Positions 1 through 8,748 of a stretch of 64,000 bases of DNA are shown here, piece after piece (position 1 is the first letter of the stretch; every line of letters begins with the position of its first letter). Where the stretch lies: NCBI GenBank assembly GCA_963765835.1, contig CAVXYF010000007.1, positions 9,654-73,653 of the forward strand, written 5' to 3'. The notes below the pieces were generated by a model. That model was given only the letters and a program-made list of their open reading frames with translations. It ran no database searches and had not been told where the DNA came from. The stretch comes from an uncultured Acidobacteriota bacterium (GTDB lineage Bacteria; Acidobacteriota; Thermoanaerobaculia; UBA5066; Gp7-AA6). The translations under genes and the position numbers were made by a program.

Positions 1-469
1 ACGAGGATCGCGGCGAGCTCGTCGTGGAAGGCGTCGCGGTCCGCGGCCGTCTTGAAGTAGGCGCCCTTCTCGCCGTAGGACGTGATGGTGCCGGCGACGC
101 GCTCGATCAGCTGGCGGACGGAGGTCTCGCGCTCGGGCGAGCCCATCCGGCCGTGGAAGTACTTCTGGACGACGATGTTCGTGGCGGTCTGCGACCAGGA
201 CTTGGGGACCTCGACGTTCTTCTGCTCGAAGATCGTCTCCCCCTTCTCGGAGGTGATCGCCGCGGTGCGCAGCTCCCACTCGATCGCGTCGTACGGGCGA
301 GACCGAGGGGTCCGAATAGACGCGGCGGAAGGTCAGGCCCTTGAGGCTTTGTGGCGGCAGGCCGGGAGGCCGCGCCAGGCGCGGTCTCGCCCCTCTCCTG
401 CTTGTCGGTCGCGGTCTCGTGGGCTTCGCGGGCGTCCCGGGCGTCGTTCCCGAGGCTCTCTGCGCTCAT
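1..469 (-). CDS. nrdJ: Class II (B12-dependent) ribonucleotide reductase, N-terminal part; runs off the window and has two apparent frameshifts near the 5' end
   Basis: Manual translation of the minus strand gives GLTFRRVYSD, then PYDAIEWELRTAAITSEKGETIFEQKNVEVPKSWSQTATNIVVQKYFHG...ERETSVRQLIERV, typical of the NrdJ N-terminus. ATG at 469 has a GGGGAG RBS. The three segments lie in different frames. Confidence 0.85.
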
Positions 470-645
470 CCTATTGGCTCCCCTTTCGCTCTCCCTTCGT
501 TACAAAATCGTTCGAAACCGGCCGAAAATCCGTCGAAATTGCCCCACCCCGTCCCGTTGAAAGGAAGCTGCCCCCGTCGAATGGGTTACCCGCGAAATGT
601 CGCGAAATATCGGTGCCTGGGAACTGGTGAACTCGGTTGAAGATC

Positions 646-674
646 AGGTTAGGACCGTGTTCGGGCGGAGTCAA
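646..674 (-). promoter_or_regulatory. Sigma70-type promoter for nrdJ
   Basis: Minus strand TTGACT-17 nt-TAACCT. Confidence 0.7.
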
Positions 675-679
675 GAAAA

Positions 680-726
680 ATACCAGATGTTGTGCATGGG
701 GGCGGGCAGGGCACTGGAAATAGTGG
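680..726. promoter_or_regulatory. Tandem NrdR boxes
   Basis: ATACCAGATGTTGTGC (680-695) and GCACTGGAAATAGTGG (711-726) resemble the acaCwAtATaTwGtgt consensus, lie 31 bp apart and sit upstream of an RNR gene. Confidence 0.75.
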
Positions 727-739
727 CATAGGGCTTGCT
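724..739 (+). promoter_or_regulatory. Putative sigma54 -24/-12 promoter
   Basis: TGGCATAGGGCTTGCT fits GG-N10-GC and is close to the TGGCAC-N5-TTGC consensus. Confidence 0.55.
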
Positions 740-1124
740 GTTTTAACGCGCGAGGATGGCAGAAAAAGTGGCAAAAATGACGACCCGGATGGGTACCAAA
801 ACGACCGAAATCCCGGCCAAATTGGCGGCGAAATCGGTCTTCGAAGTGGACAGCTCGAGGCTCGGGATCGGTGTCTTCAATCGGCCCCTCCTCGACCGCG
901 AAATGAGACGGTTTCGGGCGGCCTGGGAGGAGAAGCCTGCCGGTCGGGCTGGAGGCCTCCGAGGTGGACCCGCAGAGGATCTCCTTCGTCGCGCACCCCG
1001 ATGGCGTGCCGGCGGCGTGGGACAAGATCGACAGCCTTTTGCTGGCGGCCACGGGCAAGGCCCGGAAGGTCGCGTAGAATCGGTCCGGAATCTGCCTTCG
1101 GGCAGCAATAAGGAGATCGATCGA

Positions 1125-1562
1125 ATGTCTTCCACTCCAGTTGAGACGTCCCCGCCCGCGGGTTCCGAGACGACCGGCCCGGACACGGCCACGCAGCCGA
1201 CCGGCTCCGAGCCGACCGGCATCACCGGGTTAAAGCCGCTGCTCTCGCTGACCGACGCGGCGGTCGAGAAGGTCAAGTTCTTCGCGAACTCGATGCCGGA
1301 CTCCGAAAACAAGCCGCTGCGCATCTTCGTGCACGGGGGCGGGTGCTCCGGGTTCCAGTACGGCTTCCAGTTCGACGAGAAGCACGACGGCGACAACGTC
1401 CTGGAGTTCGGCGGGATCACGGTCGTCGTGGACGCGCAGAGCGCCACGTACCTGCGGGACTCGACGGTCGACTACGTCGAGGACTTCCGCGGCGCCGGAT
1501 TCTCGGTCACGAACCCGCAGTCCACGGGCGGCTGCGGCTGCGGCAAATCGTTCAGCGCATAA
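1125..1562 (+). CDS. erpA: A-type Fe-S cluster carrier (HesB/IscA/ErpA family)
   Basis: GGGCSGFQY and GCGCGKSF motifs; AAGGAG RBS before ATG 1125. Confidence 0.9.
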   Translation: MSSTPVETSPPAGSETTGPDTATQPTGSEPTGITGLKPLLSLTDAAVEKVKFFANSMPDSENKPLRIFVHGGGCSGFQYGFQFDEKHDGDNVLEFGGITVVVDAQSATYLRDSTVDYVEDFRGAGFSVTNPQSTGGCGCGKSFSA

Positions 1563-1590
1563 CCGGGCCGACACTCTTCTATTCGGCCGG

Positions 1591-1620
1591 GAGCCCCGCG
1601 CAAGCGGGGCTCTTTTGTTT
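1591..1620 (+). terminator. Rho-independent terminator
   Basis: GAGCCCCGC-GCAA-GCGGGGCTC followed by TTTTGTTT. Confidence 0.85.
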
Positions 1621-1642
1621 CTGGCGACAGACTCGCGGAAGG

Positions 1643-1855
1643 CTACGGAATCTCGACGTAGTCCGCGATGGACGAGGGCGGCGGGACCGGGAAGCCGTCT
1701 TCGCGAAGTCCTTCGACGTGAAACTCGACGGCGCCTTCCACGTTCTTCCGGGTCTCCTCGACCGTCGCTCCGGTGGAGGCGCAGCCCGGGAGATCGGGAC
1801 AGTATGCGGAGTAGTTGCGTCCCGCGTTTTCGATCACGATGAGATAGCGGCTCAT
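1643..1855 (-). CDS. hicB: HicB-family antitoxin
   Basis: YSAYCPDLPGCASTGATVEE...G.PVP pattern, 70 aa. Confidence 0.9.
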   Translation of the reverse strand: MSRYLIVIENAGRNYSAYCPDLPGCASTGATVEETRKNVEGAVEFHVEGLREDGFPVPPPSSIADYVEIP

Positions 1856-2046
1856 CGTTCCACCTTCAAACCTGCCTATTTCAGGATACTCCTGAGAGTT
1901 CCAGGTGCAAGGTCATCGTTTCGATGGCCCGACACCGTCACTCCGCCGGAGCGGAAAGGATGCCGGAACTGACGATGGCGCCCCGTGACTCGGACCAGAT
2001 ACGACCCGGCTTTCTCGATCAACCGAATCACGTCACGGACCTTCAC
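1852..2046 (-). pseudogene. hicA: HicA-family mRNA interferase toxin with premature stop
   Basis: Manual translation from GTG 2046: MKVRDVIRLIEKAGSYLVRVTGRHRQFRHPFRSGGVTVSGHRNDDLAPGTLRSILK*AGLKVER*. TAG at 1876-1878; the distal TGA overlaps the hicB ATG (ATGA). Confidence 0.8.
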
Positions 2047-2110
2047 CTATCAAGGTTGTCGCCACTGTCCCCCGACCAAACCTTTTTGCCGGTCTCTCGA
2101 GCGCTCCGCC

Positions 2111-2453
2111 TCAGGCCTCGAGCAGCGTCGCGAGCTTGCCGAGCACTTCGGCGCAGACGTCCTCGGGCAGCTGCGCAACGAGCTCCGCCCGGCGTACTTT
2201 CCAGTCCAGGCTCTTGACCTTATCGGCGAGGACGACGCCTTGAACGGCGAGATCGGGCGGAAGCGCGACCTCGAACGGATATCCCTTCGCTCGACTCGTG
2301 ATCGGGCAGAACAGCCCGAGGCCGACCTTCCCGTTGTAGGACCGGGGAGAGACGACGACGGCGGGCCGGCGACCGGCCTGTTCGTGGCCGGCCTGCGGGT
2401 TTAGAGGCGATCCAGACGACGTCCCCGCGGTCCGGAACGTAGGCGCGAGCCAA
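2111..2453 (-). pseudogene. mazF: MazF/PemK toxin with 1-nt frameshift
   Basis: YVPDRGDVVWI, then after a +1 shift near 2405 NPQAGHEQAGRRPAVVVSPRSYNGKVGLGLFCPITSRAKGYPFEV...VKSLDW. Span 343 nt = 3n+1. Confidence 0.85.
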
Positions 2454-2693
2454 CTACCAGACTTCCCGGCCCGCGACCGGACCCGTTTCCACCTCGGGGT
2501 GGCGATTTCGCTTCGTGACCGCCGACAGCAGCTGGTCCAGCTGCCATCGGGGGCGTACGGGGGCGACGCGCAGCTCTCCCTCTTCCAGGGAAACTTCGAC
2601 TTCCGTGGATTGCCGGAAGCCGGCGCCGTCGGCGAATGGCTTCGGAATTCGTACGGCCAGGCTGTTTCCCCACTTCTGGATCCGGGTCCTCAT
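2454..2693 (-). CDS. mazE: MazE/AbrB-family antitoxin
   Basis: IQKWGNSLAVRIP motif; C-terminal GREVW. Confidence 0.92.
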   Translation of the reverse strand: MRTRIQKWGNSLAVRIPKPFADGAGFRQSTEVEVSLEEGELRVAPVRPRWQLDQLLSAVTKRNRHPEVETGPVAGREVW

Positions 2694-2717
2694 TGGTATC
2701 TACATTGAGTATACCAA
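2693..2717 (-). promoter_or_regulatory. mazEF operator palindrome overlapping an extended -10 element
   Basis: TTGGTAT-N11-ATACCAA inverted repeat; minus strand TGGTATACT lies just upstream of the ATG. Confidence 0.6.
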
Positions 2718-2784
2718 ACCGTACCGATCTCACCCCTCCAATTGTCACGGCGAGGCGCCTGCCGGGGTTCGTCCCGGGGCTGGG

Positions 2785-2902
2785 GAATACAGGAATACAC
2801 GATTGACCCCATCCGACCCCTTTGTCGTCCTGAGCGAAGCGAAGGATCTCTGGGGCTTTTCGAAGGAGAGATCCCTCGTCGCTGCCCTCCTCGGGATGGC
2901 AA
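2785..2902. repeat. REP-like palindrome (GTCATCCTGAGCGAAGCGAAGGATCT family) preceded by a GAATACAGGAATACACGATTGACCCC unit
   Basis: Related palindromes at 28261, 35979 and 39655; the second unit recurs inverted at about 12914-12936. Confidence 0.8.
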
Positions 2903-3231
2903 GGGGCTGCTCCGTAGAGCTCAAGGGAGTCGCCTGTTCTTCGGAGCCGCACGATTAGCCGAGCTCATCCTTGAATTTATAAAACTTTAAGTTCTTTTTA
3001 ATTTTCGATATGGTCCCAAATTCCACCTACGTCGTACTCGCCTTTCTTCATTTCGTCCTGGTCATGAGGGTTCCGCGGACTTGGAAGAGACGCTCCGGTC
3101 CCTAATCTCCTCCAACCGGCGTACTCGGGCGAAAACTTACCTCTCACCCCTGCCTCACTTCCCGGGCGCTTCCGCGCCCTTGCCTTCCTTCGCGTTCCCG
3201 ATGCCAGCAACCTTTTTTGAGAGGAGCCTTC

Positions 3232-6200
3232 ATGCTTCGATTTAGAAAACGATTTGGAATCGCGGCCCTGATCGCCGGGCTCATCCCAGCGATCTCGGCA
3301 GCCCAGGCGCCGGCCCGGATCCAGGCTCTCGACCCGGAGGGGATTCAGAGTCTGCAGGCCGAGACCGGTGGAGCGGCGCGGATCAGCGTCAGCAACGCCA
3401 CGGGCGCGGCGCGGTTCGTCCGCCTCCCCGCTGAAAGCAAGCGCAGCCTGTCCCCAATGGGGGCCGCGGCGGCGCCCGCCGAGAAGACGAGCGCGTTCCT
3501 GCATGCGCACGGAAAGATCTTCGGCATCTCGGCCCCCGACTCGGAGCTCGCGTTACTCAAGGCGGCCAGCGATTCCACGGGCGGAAACCACCTCACCTAC
3601 CAGCAGATCTACTTCGGAGTCCCGGTCTTCGCCGGCGAGCTCAAGTCGCACTTCGACAGCGCCGGCCGACTGACCGCGATCAACGGGACCTTCGTTCCGT
3701 CGATCGCCGTAGACACGACTCCCTCGACGACGGAGCTGGCGGCAGGTAAGGCGGCGATCGCGGCGGTGGAGAGCGAGCTGGAAGCTTCCCTCGCCGTGTC
3801 GGTGCTCGGGACGAAGCTCTACGTCTACCGGACCGGCCTCGCCCAGGGAGTTCCCGGAAACAACTACCTGGCCTGGGAGGTCGAGGTCGGCGACGGCGCA
3901 TCCGTGCGTGAGTTCGTCTATGTCGACGCGCACACCAACAAGATCGTCGACCGGCTGCCGGGCATCATCGACGGGATGTACCGCCGGGCCTACAACGGCC
4001 GGCTGCTGAACGGCGTGCCCCCGGAGTATCCGAATACACCCTACTGGGTCGAGGGCGATCCGTTCCCCACGGCTTCGACCGAAGCCAACAACATGCTCCT
4101 CGCGTCGCAGGAGACCTACGACTTCTACAACCACGCGTTCGGCCGCGACTCCATCGACGGCGCCGGCGCGATCATGGACTCGATCTTCGACCGCGGCTAC
4201 TCCTGTCCCAACGCATCCTGGAACGGGACGTTCATCTCCTTCTGCCGGGGTATGACGACCGACGACGTGACCGCCCACGAGTGGACGCACGCGTACACGC
4301 AATACACCCACAACCTGATTTATGCCTGGCAGCCCGGCGCGCTGAACGAGGCGTACTCCGACATCTTCGGAGAGACGGTCGACCTGATCAACAACCGGAT
4401 GACGGACACGCCGGGCGGCAACCGTGCGGCGGATGGATCCCTCTGTTCCACCTACGATTCGTATCCGCCGGTGGTTCGGGTGAACTCGCCGGCGAGCATC
4501 GCCGGGAACTACGGCGCCGGCCCCGCCCTTTTCGGTCCGGCACTGACGCCTGCCGGAATCACGGGGGACATCGTTCTGGCCCTGGATGCAGGCCCCGCGA
4601 CCACCGACGCCTGTACGGCGCTCACCAACGCTGCCGAAGTAGCGGGCAAAATCGCCTTCATCGACCGCGGCACCTGCGGGTTCAAGCTCAAGGTCTACAA
4701 CGCGCAGCAGGCGGGAGCGATCGGAGTCATCATCGCGAACATTTCAACCAGCGCGAACGCACTCGTCAACATGGCGGATGACCCGACGGTGCCGACGATC
4801 ACGATTCCCGCGACCAATGTCCTCTTCAGCACCGGGAACACGATCCGCAGTCAGTTTGGAGTCGGGGTCAACGCGACCCTGCGCAAGAACGCTCCGGCCG
4901 TCACCGAGGACTCGGTCCGGTGGCTCATGGGGGAGGACGACACGGCAACCGGCCTCGTTGGTCCCCTGCGCGACATGTGGCGGCCGGTCTGCCACGGCAA
5001 CCCGGGCAAGGTCTCCGATTCCGACTACGGCTGCAGCACCGCCGACCAGGGCGGCGTGCACGACAACTCGGGCGTTCCGAACCACGCCTACGCCCTGCTC
5101 GTCGACGGCGGCACCTACAACGGCCAGACGGTGACCGGCATCGGGCTGACCAAGGCCGCTCACATCTACTTCCGGGCGATGGCCATCTACCAGGTTCAGA
5201 CGTCCGATTTCCCCGACCACGCCGACGCCCTCGAGCAGGCGTGCGCCGATCTCATCGGCCAGAACCTGAATGACCTGGTTACCGGCGCTCCGTCCGGTCA
5301 GATCATCACCTCCGGCGACTGTGCTCAGCTGCCGATCGCGGCCGCGAGCGTCGAGATGCGCACTCCGCCGGCGCAGTGCAACTTCCAGCCGCTTCTGGCG
5401 AAGAATCCGCCGGCCCAGTGCGAGGTCCGGAACTTCTACACCGCCGATTTCGAAAGCGGCGACGCCGGGTATTCCGTGGCTCACACCGAGGTTTCGGCGT
5501 CCTTCACCGACCGCGAGTGGGAACGCGTGTCTTCCCTCCCGGATGGACGCGCGGGCTCCGCTTTCTTCGCGATCGACCCGCAGATCGGAACGTGCACCGC
5601 CAGCGGTGACGAGTCCGGGGTTCTCCATCTGACGAGCCCGCCGATCGCGGTTCCCGCGAACCTGAGCACGCCGGTTCTGACCTTCAACCACTACCTGACG
5701 AGCGAGCCCGGCTTCGACGGCGGCAACCTGAAAATCAAGGTCGACAGCGGAGATTGGACGCTCGTTCCGAAGGCCGACTACACGTACAACTCCTACAACA
5801 CGACGCTCGCCGCAGCCCCCGGCAACACGGACCCGCTGGCCGGGCAACCCGCGTTCTCCGGAACTGACGGAGGCACCGTCGAGGGTTCCTGGGGCCAGTC
5901 GCAGATCCGGCTTGCGAGCGGCCTTGCCGGGCACACCGTCCAGCTTCGTTGGGATTTCGGAACGGACGGCTGCGGCGGCGCCCTCTACGGGTGGTTCGTC
6001 GACGACGTCAAGTTCTATGACCGCAACTTCAGCACCCAGGTCTCGATCGCCGGATGCAACACCGGCGTGCCGAATTCGGGACTCGCGACGGGGTGCACGA
6101 TCTCGGACCTCCTTTCGGAGTGCGCCGAGAATGCGGCGACGCATGAGCTCTACACCGCCTGCGTGACCCAGACCACGAACACCCTGAAGCGGGACGGCGT

Positions 6201-6261
6201 CATCAACAACAAGCAGAAGAATGACATCCAGCAGTGCGCCGCGAGGGCGCGGATTCCGTAG
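3232..6261 (+). CDS. Secreted M4 (thermolysin-like) metalloprotease with propeptide, inserted PA domain and C-terminal beta-sandwich domain
   Basis: Signal peptide; HEWTH, GALNEAYSD and DQGGVHDNSG motifs; PA motif GKIAFIDRGTCGF..KV.NAQQAGAIGVII; GAGGAG RBS. Confidence 0.92.
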   Translation: MLRFRKRFGIAALIAGLIPAISAAQAPARIQALDPEGIQSLQAETGGAARISVSNATGAARFVRLPAESKRSLSPMGAAAAPAEKTSAFLHAHGKIFGISAPDSELALLKAASDSTGGNHLTYQQIYFGVPVFAGELKSHFDSAGRLTAINGTFVPSIAVDTTPSTTELAAGKAAIAAVESELEASLAVSVLGTKLYVYRTGLAQGVPGNNYLAWEVEVGDGASVREFVYVDAHTNKIVDRLPGIIDGMYRRAYNGRLLNGVPPEYPNTPYWVEGDPFPTASTEANNMLLASQETYDFYNHAFGRDSIDGAGAIMDSIFDRGYSCPNASWNGTFISFCRGMTTDDVTAHEWTHAYTQYTHNLIYAWQPGALNEAYSDIFGETVDLINNRMTDTPGGNRAADGSLCSTYDSYPPVVRVNSPASIAGNYGAGPALFGPALTPAGITGDIVLALDAGPATTDACTALTNAAEVAGKIAFIDRGTCGFKLKVYNAQQAGAIGVIIANISTSANALVNMADDPTVPTITIPATNVLFSTGNTIRSQFGVGVNATLRKNAPAVTEDSVRWLMGEDDTATGLVGPLRDMWRPVCHGNPGKVSDSDYGCSTADQGGVHDNSGVPNHAYALLVDGGTYNGQTVTGIGLTKAAHIYFRAMAIYQVQTSDFPDHADALEQACADLIGQNLNDLVTGAPSGQIITSGDCAQLPIAAASVEMRTPPAQCNFQPLLAKNPPAQCEVRNFYTADFESGDAGYSVAHTEVSASFTDREWERVSSLPDGRAGSAFFAIDPQIGTCTASGDESGVLHLTSPPIAVPANLSTPVLTFNHYLTSEPGFDGGNLKIKVDSGDWTLVPKADYTYNSYNTTLAAAPGNTDPLAGQPAFSGTDGGTVEGSWGQSQIRLASGLAGHTVQLRWDFGTDGCGGALYGWFVDDVKFYDRNFSTQVSIAGCNTGVPNSGLATGCTISDLLSECAENAATHELYTACVTQTTNTLKRDGVINNKQKNDIQQCAARARIP

Positions 6262-6289
6262 AACGCTTCCGAGAGTCGATTCGATTCGA

Positions 6290-6320
6290 GGCCGGAGCAA
6301 ACCGCTCCGGCCTTTTTTTT
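6290..6320 (+). terminator. Rho-independent terminator
   Basis: GGCCGGAGC-AAACC-GCTCCGGCC followed by T8. Confidence 0.9.
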
Positions 6321-6406
6321 GGTTCCACGGACTCGTCATCCCGAGGACCGGGCGCGGGAGTAGACTCCTTCACAGGGCCAGCCCGTCTTCTGAAGGAGGT
6401 TTCCAA

Positions 6407-7495
6407 ATGTACGGTGTACCTCAGCGACAGCTCTGCCTTCCGCGACGTCTCTTCCTCGCTCTCGTCATCGTCACGATCGCGTTCCTCTTCGTCTTCGCCA
6501 CGGCGGCCGGCGCGCAGCCGTTCGGCGCGTGGCCAGTGTTCAACGCGACGCAGGGCAAGTACGTCCAGATCGACGACGCGCCGGATCTGAACCCGACGAC
6601 CGCGTTCACGATCGAAGCGTGGGTGTCGAATTACCCGACCAATGCGCAAGGCGAATCGTGCCGGAGCATTATCGGAAAGAACTATCAGACCTCTTACTGG
6701 GTCGGCATCTGCGGCGGAGTCCTCCGGTCGCGGGTGAACGGAGTGGCGCAGGACGGCGGGATCGTCCCGACCGGACAATGGACCCACATCGCAGTCACGT
6801 ACGACGGCGCACACCGCATCCATTACATCAACGGCGAACAGGTGGTGGCCTTCGCCGAGAGCGGCGCCGTGAATTCGAGCTCGTCGAAATTGCGGATCGG
6901 GAGCGACGTCGGTTGGGACTACCCGCCCCAGGGATCCATCGACGAGGTGCGTTTCTGGAACTACGCGCGAAGCGTCGAGCAGATCCGCGGCTCTATCAAC
7001 GTGCCCATTGCTTCACCGCAGCCCGGGCTCGTCGCGGTCTGGAACATGGAGCCAGGCCTGGAGGACGTCGTCGGCGATCACGAGGGGACGAACGCCGGCG
7101 GCGTCGCGTTTCTGACCTTTTCGGTGGCTGTGGACTGCGGCACGAGCACCGAAACCACGGCGTGCCTGAACACGCACCTCGCAGTGAACATCACGTTTCG
7201 GGACCCGAACACGGGCATGACGAAGTCCGCGCAGCTCGTCAACTGTTCGAACCCCGACTCGGCTCTCTTCTGGTTCTTCTCCTCGAACGCCTGGGAAGTC
7301 ATGGTCAAGACAGTCGATGCCTGCTCTTTCAACGGTTACTTCTGGGTTTTCTCGGCTGCGACCACGAATGTGTTCTACCGGCTCGAGGTGGTCGACGTGC
7401 GCGGAGGCGCCGCAAAGATCTACTTCAACTATCCGGGCCCACCGGCTCCGGCGGTCACCGACACCGCAGCGTTCCAGACGTGCTTCTTCCCCTGA
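6407..7495 (+). CDS. Secreted LamG/concanavalin-like domain protein with an uncharacterised Cys-containing C-terminal domain
   Basis: FTIEAWV, WTHIAVTYDG..YING and GSIDEVRFWN LamG motifs; AAGGAGG RBS. Confidence 0.85.
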   Translation: MYGVPQRQLCLPRRLFLALVIVTIAFLFVFATAAGAQPFGAWPVFNATQGKYVQIDDAPDLNPTTAFTIEAWVSNYPTNAQGESCRSIIGKNYQTSYWVGICGGVLRSRVNGVAQDGGIVPTGQWTHIAVTYDGAHRIHYINGEQVVAFAESGAVNSSSSKLRIGSDVGWDYPPQGSIDEVRFWNYARSVEQIRGSINVPIASPQPGLVAVWNMEPGLEDVVGDHEGTNAGGVAFLTFSVAVDCGTSTETTACLNTHLAVNITFRDPNTGMTKSAQLVNCSNPDSALFWFFSSNAWEVMVKTVDACSFNGYFWVFSAATTNVFYRLEVVDVRGGAAKIYFNYPGPPAPAVTDTAAFQTCFFP

Positions 7496-7526
7496 TCTGA
7501 CGCCGGGACGGCAGCCCGTCTCGCGG

Positions 7527-7570
7527 AAAAAGGGATCTGTCCCCTTTTTCGAAAGTAGAGTCTGTCCCGT
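7527..7570. repeat. CTGTCCC-family repeat remnants
   Basis: AAAAAGGGATCTGTCCCCTTTTT and GTCTGTCCCG. Confidence 0.55.
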
Positions 7571-7598
7571 GCTTCGAAGATCGGATAAAGACTGCGGC

Positions 7599-8531
7599 AT
7601 GCCGATCACGACGCTTCTTTTCGCCGCCACGACCGCCGCAGTCGCGCTGCAGCTGGGTCCGGCCCGCCGAATCACCAACGTGAAGGACGCCTACCCGACG
7701 CCGTCGCCCGACGGGTCTCGAGTCCTCTTCCAGTCCGATCGCACCGGCGACTGGGAGATCTACACGATGAAGCCCGATGGCTCCGACCGCGTCCGCCTGA
7801 CGAACGTCCAGGGCGCGGACGTGACGCCGATCTGGTCGCCCGACGGGAAGCGCATCGTTTTCGCCTCCGAGCGGGAAGACCCGGACTCCGACATCTACGT
7901 CATGAACGCGGACGGCTCGGGTCAGCGGCGCCTGACGCGTCAGCCCGGCGACGACTCGCACCCGCACTGGTCGCCCGACGGCGCCCGCATCGTCTTCAAC
8001 TCGGCGCGCGCGACGCCGGACCTCTCCGCCGACTGGTCGAAGCAGCACATCGAGATCTTCACGATGGCCGCGGATGGATCCGACGTCCGGCGGCTCACGC
8101 GCTTCCGGACCGTGACCACCTATCCCCAGTTCTCGCCGGACGGCCGGCGGATCGCATTCCGCCGGACGCTCGAGGAGGCCGGGTTCCTCTGGGACCTGAC
8201 GACGGGAACGCGCAACTCCGAGGTCTTCGTGATGAACGCCGACGGCTCGAATCCCGTCAACGTCTCGAAGAGCGCGGCCTACGACGGCTGGCCGGCGTGG
8301 TCGCCGGACGGATCGACGATCGTGTTCACCTCCAACCGCGCGGGTCCCGCGAATATCGGCCAGCTCTACGCGGTCGACGTGGAGGGAGGCAACCTCCGCA
8401 AGCTGACGGACGGGCCAGGCTCCTTCGTTCAGCCGAGCTGGTCGCGCGACGGGAAGCGCATCTACGCCTTCCAGCACTGGGAGACCGAGGAATTCGGTAA
8501 CCTCGTCGCTTTCGACGTGCGCAATCCATGA
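7599..8531 (+). CDS. TolB-like beta-propeller (PD40 repeat) exported protein
   Basis: Repeated P.WSPDG..I.F.S and IYVMNADGS motifs. Confidence 0.88.
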   Translation: MPITTLLFAATTAAVALQLGPARRITNVKDAYPTPSPDGSRVLFQSDRTGDWEIYTMKPDGSDRVRLTNVQGADVTPIWSPDGKRIVFASEREDPDSDIYVMNADGSGQRRLTRQPGDDSHPHWSPDGARIVFNSARATPDLSADWSKQHIEIFTMAADGSDVRRLTRFRTVTTYPQFSPDGRRIAFRRTLEEAGFLWDLTTGTRNSEVFVMNADGSNPVNVSKSAAYDGWPAWSPDGSTIVFTSNRAGPANIGQLYAVDVEGGNLRKLTDGPGSFVQPSWSRDGKRIYAFQHWETEEFGNLVAFDVRNP

Positions 8532-8669
8532 CGACGATCGTTCTCGCGGCAGCTCTTCTCTTGGGCGCCTTCCACTTCGTCGCGGACAGCCTTGGCGGTC
8601 GGTTTCTCAAGGGGGTAGTTCCTCCAGCCGAGCAGCGCGAAGTCGTTGTGCTGAAAGTCCCTTAGCGCC

Positions 8670-8696
8670 AAAGTGGTAAGTGGAGACCTGACCCCC
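8670..8696 (+). repeat. 27-bp dispersed repeat AAAGTGGTAAGTGGAGACCTGACCCCC, copy 1
   Basis: Identical copies at 13032-13058 and 21712-21738. Confidence 0.9.
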
Positions 8697-8704
8697 GTTT
8701 TTCC

Positions 8705-8748
8705 TTGACCGGGCGGGGGGCGGTCCATATAGTTGCGGGGTGCAACTA
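8705..8748 (+). promoter_or_regulatory. Sigma70 promoter and MarR-type operator; probably leaderless
   Basis: TTGACC-17 nt-TATAGT; palindrome TAGTTGC-N5-GCAACTA (8730-8748) overlaps the GTG start at 8740. Confidence 0.75.

Noticed and set aside
756-1124. 123-aa N-terminal extension of erpA in the ORF track
   Set aside because: No recognisable domain, atypical codons, and a strong RBS at 1110-1115 favours ATG 1125. Kept only as a caveat.
2395-2415. Programmed frameshifting in mazF, clsB or nrdJ
   Set aside because: No canonical slippery heptamer at the shift sites; mutation or sequencing error is more parsimonious.
1620-3000. Prophage or IS boundary around the TA islet
   Set aside because: No integrase, transposase, terminal inverted repeats or target duplications are visible.
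8528-8665. Short ORF coupled (ATGA) to the PD40 gene, with a signal-like start
   Set aside because: About 45 codons ending next to a repeat, with no recognisable family; may be a gene remnant but cannot be supported.
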